Positions 28,132 to 36,510 of a stretch of 64,000 nucleotides of DNA are shown here, in pieces; the first letter of the stretch is position 1, and the number at the start of each line of letters is the position of its first letter. Location: NCBI GenBank assembly GCA_900555715.1, contig USMC01000001.1, positions 107,128 to 171,127 on the forward strand, in the 5' to 3' direction. The notes beneath the pieces are model-generated. The model was not told where the DNA came from and did not search any database. It saw nothing but the letters and a program-made list of their open reading frames with translations. This stretch comes from an uncultured Porphyromonadaceae bacterium. GTDB lineage: Bacteria > Bacteroidota > Bacteroidia > Bacteroidales > Muribaculaceae. Both the position numbers and the translations under genes were made by a program.

Positions 28132-30447
28132 TTATTTCCCCATCAGCGCGGCGAATGCGCATAATAGTTTGCCGACCGACTCGCGGTCGGGCACAGGAAT
28201 GCGCAGCTCCGATTTTCCGGTGCTTTCGTCTGTATGGACGATTTCGTCGAGCAGCCGTTCTATTGCTTCCGGCGACTCGAGTGTGCTTACAAGACCTGAG
28301 ATAAAGCTAATTTCATTGCGGATAAGTTCGTCGGGCGTTATTGTAGTCGCTCCGTCGGTGCCGTCTGTCTTTGTTTTCGGCTGAGGTTCTTCCTCCTCTG
28401 TTTCTGCTACAGTTCCTTTGCTCTGGGTTTCAGGCTCTTCCGGAGTGGACATCACTAAGCTGATGCTGTCGGCGATTCGGCTCAGCTGTGCGTCGTCGAG
28501 AGTTATGCTGTCTTCGCCGCCATCCATTATGCCGGAGAAAAGGTCCTGCTTGAATTTAAGAGTCGTGAGCATGCGCTCTTCGATAGTTCCGGCGGCAACG
28601 AAGTTGATGACCTGGATGTTGCGTCGCTTTCCTGTGCGGTGTATGCGCGCGATGCGTTGCTCCAGCATTGCCGGATTACATGGAAGATCGAGGTTGATGA
28701 TTGTCGAAGCGCACTGCAGGTTCAGTCCTGTTGCTCCGGCGTCGGTAGACAGAAAGACGCGTATGTCGGGGTCGCGTATGAAGCGCTCGGTCATTTCGCC
28801 TCTTCGCGAGGCAGGCACGCTGCCGCAGAGATATTCATAGCGTATTCCCGCGTTGTCGAGCTCCTGGGCGATGAGATGTGTCATCCGTTCCCACTGGCTG
28901 AATATCACCGCTTTGTCGTCGTTGCTCTCCGTCATTGTCCTGATGAGTTGCACGGCTTCGCCTACTTTTGTGTCGAAACGTGTCTTGAGGTCAAGGACGT
29001 ATGTGCTGTCGCATACCATGCGCATACGGCTGAGCTGGAGCAGCAGCCGCTTGCGGTCTTTTTCGGACAGGAAACGGTAGCGCTGCCATTTGTTGACGAG
29101 CTGTGCCACGGTGTTCATAGCCTCGTCGTGCAGCTCTTTCTGTTCGCGCGTCATAGGCACGAAAAGCGTCTTGTCGGTGCGTTCGGGGAGATGCTGGGCA
29201 ACGTCGCTCTTGCGGCGGCGTATCATGTGCTTGCGCAGCCGTGCCGCCACGTCGTCTGTTTCCGATTTAACGGATGTAGCGCTGATGAAGCGGTGGAACG
29301 GTCCGAGAGCATACTGGTCGACAAACTGCATCACGGAGTATAGCTCTTCTGGCTTGTCCTCAAGCGGTGTGCCTGAGATGACAACGGCATATTCGGAGTC
29401 GATGCGACGTGCCGCCTGCGAGATCTGCGTATTCCAGTTTTTGAGTCGCTGCACCTCGTCCATCAGCAGCACATCGGTGCTCAGCTTTCCGAGAGTCTTG
29501 ATGTCGTTGGCAAGTGTGTGGTACGAAACGATTTTATACGGCGTGGAAGTTCCGTACAGTTCCCGTCTCGCCGTCGCCAGACCTTCTATGATGGTGGCGC
29601 TTGCGTCGGTGAAACGTTCTATTTCCTTTTTCCACTGATATTTTAGTGAAGTAGGGCAGACCACAAGGACTGAATCAGCCATGTTGCGCTGCCGCAGCAG
29701 CTCGGCGGTGCCGAGTGCCTGAACGGTTTTTCCAAGCCCCATCTCGTCGGCGAGGAGCGAGCGTCCGGCAGCAAAAGCCCTACGTATTCCGTCGGTCTGA
29801 TAGGGATATAGCGTTGTGCGCAGCACGGAGTCTATCTCAACGTCGGATAATACCTCTGCCAGATGTTCGCGCCGCAGCCTGTCGCGCTCTTCGAGGATAA
29901 ATGTGAGCGCGTCGCTGGTGACGTGGAAGGAGCTGTCGAGCCGTTTTGTCTGCCGTATGAACGACGGCAGCTCGCTCACCATGCCTCCGACAGCATAGAA
30001 ATCGTCGTCGAAGAAGCGCATCGCTGCCATGACAACCTCCTGCGGCGTTACGTCGGCAAGGCGCAGGCGCAGCCGGCGACCGTGCCTGTAGTCGATGTCG
30101 AGCACGGTACGTTCGGGCTCTTTCTCCGGGTACCATCCCTGTCGGGTCATACGTAGCGCTACCGCCTCGAGGTGCTTGCATGTTCCGAGTCCGTTTGTGC
30201 GGAAATCAATGCACTGACATGAGTTGTAAGGCGATTTTTCACCGTGATAAATCGTGGTGTAATGCCTGCGCGAACGAGGACTTGTGACATTGTATGAACC
30301 TGTCGACCAGTGCTCCGGAATAGGTGTGATGATGAAATCGGCTTTTTCAGCCGCCTGACGGCGAAGCGACTTCTGCCACCCGTCCGGCGTCATGCCTTCG
30401 GGACAGCTGTCGTAACTGACTTTGCGCGTCGCTTTCTTTTCTTTCAT
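28132..30447 (-). CDS. SNF2-family DEAD/DEAH helicase with N-terminal SWIM zinc finger
   Basis: SWIM motif CQCIDFRTNGLGTCKHLEAV. SNF2 ATPase motifs LADEMGLGKT, DEVQRLKN and a helicase C domain (STDAGATGLNLQ). Confidence 0.85.
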   Translation of the reverse strand: MKEKKATRKVSYDSCPEGMTPDGWQKSLRRQAAEKADFIITPIPEHWSTGSYNVTSPRSRRHYTTIYHGEKSPYNSCQCIDFRTNGLGTCKHLEAVALRMTRQGWYPEKEPERTVLDIDYRHGRRLRLRLADVTPQEVVMAAMRFFDDDFYAVGGMVSELPSFIRQTKRLDSSFHVTSDALTFILEERDRLRREHLAEVLSDVEIDSVLRTTLYPYQTDGIRRAFAAGRSLLADEMGLGKTVQALGTAELLRQRNMADSVLVVCPTSLKYQWKKEIERFTDASATIIEGLATARRELYGTSTPYKIVSYHTLANDIKTLGKLSTDVLLMDEVQRLKNWNTQISQAARRIDSEYAVVISGTPLEDKPEELYSVMQFVDQYALGPFHRFISATSVKSETDDVAARLRKHMIRRRKSDVAQHLPERTDKTLFVPMTREQKELHDEAMNTVAQLVNKWQRYRFLSEKDRKRLLLQLSRMRMVCDSTYVLDLKTRFDTKVGEAVQLIRTMTESNDDKAVIFSQWERMTHLIAQELDNAGIRYEYLCGSVPASRRGEMTERFIRDPDIRVFLSTDAGATGLNLQCASTIINLDLPCNPAMLEQRIARIHRTGKRRNIQVINFVAAGTIEERMLTTLKFKQDLFSGIMDGGEDSITLDDAQLSRIADSISLVMSTPEEPETQSKGTVAETEEEEPQPKTKTDGTDGATTITPDELIRNEISFISGLVSTLESPEAIERLLDEIVHTDESTGKSELRIPVPDRESVGKLLCAFAALMGK

Positions 30448-30507
30448 TGCTAAGCCGGAGGCTGCGCAGCAGCCTCCGGTATTGTGTGCTTATTTCTGAA
30501 TCAGAAT

Positions 30508-31425
30508 TTATTTGCTTTCCGGGTTGATGTCGACAAGCTCGACATCGAACACGAGCATTTCGTTAGGACCGATACCTGCCTGAGGACGACCCTCAACGCC
30601 GTAGGCGAGAGCTCCGGGGATGTAAAGTGTTGCCTTGCCGCCTTTGCCGAGGAGCATGAGACCTTCGCGGAAGCCGGGAACAACACCCTGGAGGCTGAAT
30701 GTGGTGGCGCCTCTGCCGTCGGTGCTGTCGAATACAGTGCCGTCAAGGAGTTTACCGGTATAGTTCACCACTACAGTGGCGTCGGCTGCAGGCGTGGGAG
30801 CCTCGCCGGCGTTCTCGATGACGTATGCGAGACCTGTGTCGCTCACTTTTGCATCTGCATTTGAAGCCTGGAGATCTTTGATGGCTTTCTCGCCGGCTTC
30901 GACATTTTCTTTTGCCTCAGGGGAGTTTGCTTTCTGGATGGCTTCGTATTCGCGGGCTGCTTTCTGGGCTTTGTCCATCTGAGTGCGGAACGCTTCGGTT
31001 GCAGTGGTGGTGACTGCGGAATTGACGCTGTCGCATACAAATGCGTTCTTGAATTCTTTAGCCACAGCCTTGAGGTCGAGGTCGATGCCGTTCTGCTTCA
31101 TCTGGTTGATTTCGTTCATCAGCTGCATGGCAACCTGCATACCCATAAGCTGACTCTGGTTGTCGGTGGCATTGGCTATGACGGTCTGGAAACCTTTGAG
31201 GAACGCGTCGTCGTTGTGCTCGGGATTATATTGAACGACCTCGCTCTTGACGATAGAGCCTACATAGTTGCCGTAAGCGTAGACGAGCGAATCGTTTTCG
31301 GCGGTACCTTGGACAAGAATTTCGGGCTGACCTTCACCGGCAGCTGCCGTGGCTTCGGTCTTTTTGCAGGATGAGAAGGAGGCGACGGTAACTATTGCCA
31401 GCGCTCCCATGAAGATTTTTTTCAT
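30508..31425 (-). CDS. FKBP-type peptidyl-prolyl cis-trans isomerase (FkpA-like lipoprotein)
   Basis: Lipoprotein signal ...FSSC. C-terminal FKBP domain (VVNYTGKLLDGTVFDS...FSLQGVVPGFREGL...). Confidence 0.85.
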   Translation of the reverse strand: MKKIFMGALAIVTVASFSSCKKTEATAAAGEGQPEILVQGTAENDSLVYAYGNYVGSIVKSEVVQYNPEHNDDAFLKGFQTVIANATDNQSQLMGMQVAMQLMNEINQMKQNGIDLDLKAVAKEFKNAFVCDSVNSAVTTTATEAFRTQMDKAQKAAREYEAIQKANSPEAKENVEAGEKAIKDLQASNADAKVSDTGLAYVIENAGEAPTPAADATVVVNYTGKLLDGTVFDSTDGRGATTFSLQGVVPGFREGLMLLGKGGKATLYIPGALAYGVEGRPQAGIGPNEMLVFDVELVDINPESK

Positions 31426-31454
31426 TGTTGTATGGGTTAAATGTTATTTTTCAA

Positions 31455-32081
31455 TTATTTGGGGTTTACTTCAAGAAGCTCAACGTCGAAGATAAGCGTC
31501 TGGTTGGGACCTATGACGCCGCCGGCGCCGTTGGGACCGTAGGCAAGCTGCGAGGGAATGAAAAGACGCCATTTCGAGCCGGCTTTCATCAGCTGCAAAG
31601 CCTCAACCCATCCGGGAATCACCTGAGTGACGCCAAAAGTGGCGGGCTCGCCGCGTTCTACGCTGCTGTCGAAGACGGTGCCGTCGATGAGTTTGCCTGT
31701 ATAGTGCACCTTGACGGTGTCGCTTGCCTTGGGCTGTGCGCCTGTGCCTTCTGTGAGTACTTCGTACTGCAGACCCGACGGCGTTGTCTTCACCTCTGCA
31801 CGTTTGCCGTTCGTTTCGAGGAATTCAGTGCCTGCTTTGGCGTTGACCTCTGCCATCGCTTTGGCGGATGCTTCCTGCTTTGCCTGAAGCTCGGTGAAGA
31901 ATTTCTGTATCTCGGCTTTAGCTTCGTCGTAGCTCATTTTGGGCTGGCTGCCGTAGAACACGGCGGCAACGCCGTCGGCGAAATCCTGAACGTTGATGGT
32001 CTCGATGCCGGAGCTGCGGAAGTTGTTGCCCATGCTCAGACCGAGAGCATAGCTCAGGCGGTCAAGTTCTTTGTTTTCCAT
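31455..32081 (-). CDS. FKBP-type peptidyl-prolyl cis-trans isomerase
   Basis: FKBP domain (VHYTGKLIDGTVFDSSVERGEPATFGVTQVIPGWVEALQLM). Confidence 0.85.
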   Translation of the reverse strand: MENKELDRLSYALGLSMGNNFRSSGIETINVQDFADGVAAVFYGSQPKMSYDEAKAEIQKFFTELQAKQEASAKAMAEVNAKAGTEFLETNGKRAEVKTTPSGLQYEVLTEGTGAQPKASDTVKVHYTGKLIDGTVFDSSVERGEPATFGVTQVIPGWVEALQLMKAGSKWRLFIPSQLAYGPNGAGGVIGPNQTLIFDVELLEVNPK

Positions 32082-32132
32082 TTTTTATGTTTTTTGTTAT
32101 GTAAATGTCTAAGGGTTATAACATATGAAGCG

Positions 32133-33920
32133 TCAGTCAAGTTTCAGGACGGCGAGGAATGCCTTCTGCGGCACTTCCACAGATCCTATCTGCTTCATGC
32201 GCTTCTTGCCTTTTTTCTGTTTCTCGAGCAGCTTGCGCTTACGCGATATGTCGCCGCCGTAGCATTTGGCGGTGACGTCCTTGCGTACTGCCTTGATGGT
32301 TTCGCGTGCGATGATTTTGGCGCCTATGGCAGCCTGGATGGCTATTTCGAACTGCTGGCGCGGAATGAGCTCCTTTAGCTTCTCGCACATGCGGCGACCG
32401 AAAGAAACGGCATTGTCGATGTGCGTGAGCGTGGAAAGGGCGTCGACGCTTTCGCCGTTGAGCAGTATGTCGAGCTTGACAAGCTTGCTCTCGCGGAAGT
32501 CGTGGATATGGTAGTCGAACGACGCATAGCCCTTGCTGATGCTCTTGAGCTTGTCGTAGAAGTCGATCACTATTTCGCCCAGAGGCATGTCGAAAATCAT
32601 CTCCATGCGGTTGCCGGAGATATATTCCTGCTTGACGAGTTCGCCGCGCTTGCCAAGGCAGAGAGTCATTATCGGTCCGATGAAGTCTGCCGTAGTGATG
32701 ATGGAGGCGCGGATATAAGGCTCTTCGATGTGCTCTATGAGTGTGGGGTCGGGCAGCCCGGACGGGTTGTGTACCTCTGTCATCGTGCCACGCTTGTCGA
32801 AGACGCGGTAGCTGACGTTGGGCACCGTAGTGATGACGTCCATGTCGAATTCGCGTCCGAGGCGTTCCTGGATGATTTCCATGTGGAGCAGTCCGAGGAA
32901 GCCGCAGCGGAATCCGAAACCGAGCGCTGCCGACGATTCAGGCGTGAAGGTCAGCGAGGCGTCGTTGAGCTGCAGTTTCTCAAGAGATGAGCGGAGGTTT
33001 TCGAAATCTTCCGTCTCAATGGGGTAGACGCCGGCGAATACCATGGGCTTCACTTCCTGGAAGCCGTCGATGGCGGCGTCGCACGGGCGTTCAACGTGGG
33101 TGATGGTGTCGCCGACGCGTACCTCGCGGCTCGTCTTGATGCCTGAGATGATATATCCCACATTTCCAGCCGAAAGCTCTTTGCGCGGCGACATGTCGAG
33201 CTTCAGAACTCCGATTTCGTCGGCGTGGTACTCTTTTCCGGTACTGACGAACTTCACGAAGTCGTTTGTCCGTATGGTGCCGTTGATGATTTTATAGTAG
33301 GCGATGATGCCGCGGAAGGGGTTGAACACCGAATCGAAAATAAGCGCCTGCAGCGGTGCTTCGGGGTCGCCTTTAGGCGCCGGGATACGCTCTACGACAG
33401 CGCGGAGAATGTCTTCCACTCCGGCGCCGGTCTTGCCGCTGGCACGGATGATTTCCTCGCGGTCGCAGCCGAGAAGGTCTATTATTTCGTCTTCCACTTC
33501 TTCGGGTTTGGCGGAGTCGAGGTCGCATTTGTTGATGACAGGTATAATCTCCAGGTCGTTGTCGATAGCCATATAGAGATTGGAGATGGTCTGCGCCTGT
33601 ACGCCCTGAGATGCGTCGACAATGAGCAGCGCGCCTTCGCAGGCGGCGATGGAGCGCGACACCTCGTAGGAGAAGTCGACGTGTCCCGGAGTGTCGATGA
33701 GGTTCAGAACATAGTGCTCGCCATCAAGATTATAGTCCATCTGGATGGCGTGGCTTTTTATCGTTATGCCGCGTTCGCGCTCAAGATCCATGTCGTCGAG
33801 CACCTGAGCCTCCATGTCTTTCGCAGCCACGGTGCCTGTATATTCAAGCAGGCGGTCGGCGAGGGTCGACTTGCCATGATCTATGTGAGCTATTATGCAG
33901 AAGTTACGTATATTTTTCAT
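32133..33920 (-). CDS. lepA: translation elongation factor 4
   Basis: [30 protein letters not shown] and the LepA C-terminal domain, 595 aa. Confidence 0.95.
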   Translation of the reverse strand: MKNIRNFCIIAHIDHGKSTLADRLLEYTGTVAAKDMEAQVLDDMDLERERGITIKSHAIQMDYNLDGEHYVLNLIDTPGHVDFSYEVSRSIAACEGALLIVDASQGVQAQTISNLYMAIDNDLEIIPVINKCDLDSAKPEEVEDEIIDLLGCDREEIIRASGKTGAGVEDILRAVVERIPAPKGDPEAPLQALIFDSVFNPFRGIIAYYKIINGTIRTNDFVKFVSTGKEYHADEIGVLKLDMSPRKELSAGNVGYIISGIKTSREVRVGDTITHVERPCDAAIDGFQEVKPMVFAGVYPIETEDFENLRSSLEKLQLNDASLTFTPESSAALGFGFRCGFLGLLHMEIIQERLGREFDMDVITTVPNVSYRVFDKRGTMTEVHNPSGLPDPTLIEHIEEPYIRASIITTADFIGPIMTLCLGKRGELVKQEYISGNRMEMIFDMPLGEIVIDFYDKLKSISKGYASFDYHIHDFRESKLVKLDILLNGESVDALSTLTHIDNAVSFGRRMCEKLKELIPRQQFEIAIQAAIGAKIIARETIKAVRKDVTAKCYGGDISRKRKLLEKQKKGKKRMKQIGSVEVPQKAFLAVLKLD

Positions 33921-34014
33921 TTACCGTATATTTATGGCAAAATTACGAAAATTCTCCCACGCGGCAAAATTCTGAACACGCCTCTGCTCTATGTACTGTC
34001 GTTATGTCCCGGCG

Positions 34015-34785
34015 TTACCCTTGGATAAATACCTCATCCGATAAATCGGAATTGGGTACAAGTGTGATCGTGGTATCTCTCATATCTTTTGTTACGACAA
34101 TCGTCTGCGGGTCATAACCGAGATATTCCACCGTCAATGTATCACCTACGCAGACGGGTAAACCGAAATGACCTTCTAAATCAGTATAAGTTTTTGATGC
34201 AGTGCGTCTATTGGTTATAATCGCTCCGATTAATGGTTCTTTTGAAACAGTGCCGTCGGGTAATGTATCGCTGCTCAGTACGATACCTCCGACAGTTATC
34301 GTATCAGCCACAACAGGAATGTTTTCTTTCAACCGGTCCTCTTCCTGCTCGGGCTTAATGTCTCCCGCAATAAGAAGGTCAAAATCTTTATCCTCGATTT
34401 TTTCTTTTTTGATAGCAACTGAATCCTCATTTATCGGCAGTTCGACATCTTTCTCAATGCGGTCAGAAGTCTCTATTTGCTCAACGGGCGCCGTAGGCTC
34501 GCCTTGCAATGTCTCGTTTGACTGATTCGATGATGTTGTACCGCTGCACCCTGACATGAAAATCATGCCCGCCGATATACCGGCGAGGGCTACGGCTTTC
34601 CCGGCGAGGGAGCGGGCGCGGAGCTGCTGCTCCAGATAGCGTACTTCGGCCTCGCATTTGGGGCATGTGCCGAGGCAGTCGCCCTTGTAGCGGCATTCCG
34701 ATGTCACGAACTCGATGTCGTTAGCCTCGGCAATCTGCCGCCGTATTTCTTTCAATATCTTACAGGTCTGTTTTCCTCGTGCCAT
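34015..34785 (-). CDS. radical-SAM-associated Cys-rich membrane-anchored (lipo)protein
   Basis: The N-terminal ~50 aa carry a Cys cluster (CRYKGDCLGTCPKCE) ahead of a hydrophobic anchor or lipobox (AGMIFMSGCSG). The C-terminus has a CarbopepD_reg-like beta-sandwich. It begins 3 bp after the radical SAM gene stop. The pairing resembles a described rSAM/putative-lipoprotein pair in Bacteroidales. Confidence 0.5.
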   Translation of the reverse strand: MARGKQTCKILKEIRRQIAEANDIEFVTSECRYKGDCLGTCPKCEAEVRYLEQQLRARSLAGKAVALAGISAGMIFMSGCSGTTSSNQSNETLQGEPTAPVEQIETSDRIEKDVELPINEDSVAIKKEKIEDKDFDLLIAGDIKPEQEEDRLKENIPVVADTITVGGIVLSSDTLPDGTVSKEPLIGAIITNRRTASKTYTDLEGHFGLPVCVGDTLTVEYLGYDPQTIVVTKDMRDTTITLVPNSDLSDEVFIQG

Positions 34786-34787
34786 AG

Positions 34788-35429
34788 TCAGTGTTTTAGG
34801 ATTTGGTAGGTGAATAAATTGAATCGTTTGAAGCCGAGCGATTCAAGAGCCTTGCGGCTTGCATCACGGTCGGCATTGGTATTATAGTCGGGTATCAGGG
34901 GTATGCGGATAATGCAGTCGCCTTGACGTCCTGCCTCTGCTATCAGGCGGAGATTGTCAATAACAGGGTCGTTGCACTGCCCGGTATAGCTGCGGTAAAT
35001 GTCGGGGTTCATATCCTTGATGTCGATAATCAGAGTATTGACTACCGGGAGCAACCCATCGATGTTGGCAGTCGGGACATTGAGCGATGTTTCAAGATTG
35101 ATCTGCCATGCCGGACTGCAAAGTTCACGAAAGTCGCGGATGAAATCGGGGCGCAGGCAAGGCTCGCCGCCGCCGAATGTCACGCCGCCGTTTGTGGCGA
35201 TAAAATACAATTCATCAATCCTCACTTCATCATAAAGCGACTGCGGCGAATACTCTCTGAATCGGCTCCCGTCGCCCAGCGACTGCGGATTAAGACAATA
35301 CCGGCAACGAAGAGGACAGCCATGAAAAGCCACAAGCGTCGTCACACCGTCGCCGTCGGTTGTCAGGCGGTGACGTGCAATGCCTATTATCTTGGCTCGT
35401 TGTTTCTCAAATGTTCGATTGTCTGCCAT
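34788..35429 (-). CDS. small radical SAM protein (single CxxxCxxC cluster)
   Basis: CPLRCRYC is a radical SAM 4Fe-4S motif, with a Gly-rich SAM-binding GGVTFGGGEP. The start was set at MADNRTF, directly after a TAACTTTG -7-like box. Upstream in-frame ATGs exist. Confidence 0.7.
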   Translation of the reverse strand: MADNRTFEKQRAKIIGIARHRLTTDGDGVTTLVAFHGCPLRCRYCLNPQSLGDGSRFREYSPQSLYDEVRIDELYFIATNGGVTFGGGEPCLRPDFIRDFRELCSPAWQINLETSLNVPTANIDGLLPVVNTLIIDIKDMNPDIYRSYTGQCNDPVIDNLRLIAEAGRQGDCIIRIPLIPDYNTNADRDASRKALESLGFKRFNLFTYQILKH

Positions 35430-35562
35430 ACGCAAAGTTACAACAAAAATCGTAATCCGGTTATAATCGGGCAAGAAAAACCGCATCTCCACGGCACAAG
35501 CAAGTAAAAAATTGCTGAATGTATTTGAAGAACTCAAACTTTGGTTTAGAAAGTTGAGTTTT

Positions 35563-36372
35563 TCATTTCAGCAATTTTCTATCGTTATCGCCACTTTCCA
35601 ATACATTCATCTGATGGATAGCGATTTGGTTCAGTTTCACAAGCCGCTCACTTTGCGTCATGCCCTGCTCGATGAAAACCGCATTGAGGTTTTCCATATT
35701 CGACAGGCAGATAAGTTCGTTGATTGATGCGTAATCGCGTATATTGCCTTTTATTTCGGGGTTAGCATCGCGCCATTGCTTTGCCGTTACTCCGAACATC
35801 GCTACATTGAGCACATCGGCTTCGTTGGCATAAATCATACTCGTCTGTGATGGCGTGACCTCCGCAGGAACAAGATTCTTCTTTATGGCATCAGTGTGTA
35901 TACGGTAGTTGATTTTCGATAGCTCACGTTTCGCCGACCAACCCAATAACCGCTGTTCCTCCATCTTCAGCCGCTGAAATTCCTTGACGATGTAGAGTTC
36001 AAATTCAACAGAAATCCAGCTTGCGAATTTCAGCGCAATGTCTTTATGCGCATATGTTCCACCATAACGCCCTGATTTAGCGATTATGCCAATGGCATTT
36101 GTCGCTTCCGTCCATTTCTTTGGGGAGAGAGTAAACGCGTTCAGTCCTGCCTGTCGTCTAAACCCCTCGAATTCGGTGGGTTTAAAATTCGGATTGTAAA
36201 GCTGTTCCCAAATACCTAAATATTCTATTGTGTTGCGATTGCGCAACCAGTTTGCAATCACGGCGTTAGGATCATCGCTTTTATGTCGTGCCAAATCGGT
36301 CAACGAAATATAATCATCCCCATTGACGGTGATAATTTTTATATTTGTATTTTGAACTGTAATCTTTGTCAT
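35563..36372 (-). CDS. KilA-N domain-containing protein
   Basis: The N-terminus ITVNGDDYISLTDLARHK...NWLRNRNTIEYLGIWE is typical of the KilA-N DNA-binding domain. GC is markedly lower than the flanks. Confidence 0.75.
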   Translation of the reverse strand: MTKITVQNTNIKIITVNGDDYISLTDLARHKSDDPNAVIANWLRNRNTIEYLGIWEQLYNPNFKPTEFEGFRRQAGLNAFTLSPKKWTEATNAIGIIAKSGRYGGTYAHKDIALKFASWISVEFELYIVKEFQRLKMEEQRLLGWSAKRELSKINYRIHTDAIKKNLVPAEVTPSQTSMIYANEADVLNVAMFGVTAKQWRDANPEIKGNIRDYASINELICLSNMENLNAVFIEQGMTQSERLVKLNQIAIHQMNVLESGDNDRKLLK

Positions 36373-36510
36373 TATTTCAGATATCTTGTATATGCCAATA
36401 CGCAAAGTTATACATTTTTGCTGGTATACAACGTTTTCCCTTGGCATTTAGTGTTTCTTTGCTTTTAGTTTAATTATTATGTGCTTATATGGATAGCTGT
36501 CTGATCCGAC

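Noticed and set aside
33225-34028. 267-aa plus-strand ORF overlapping lepA
   Set aside because: Antisense to a highly conserved GTPase gene, with no motifs.
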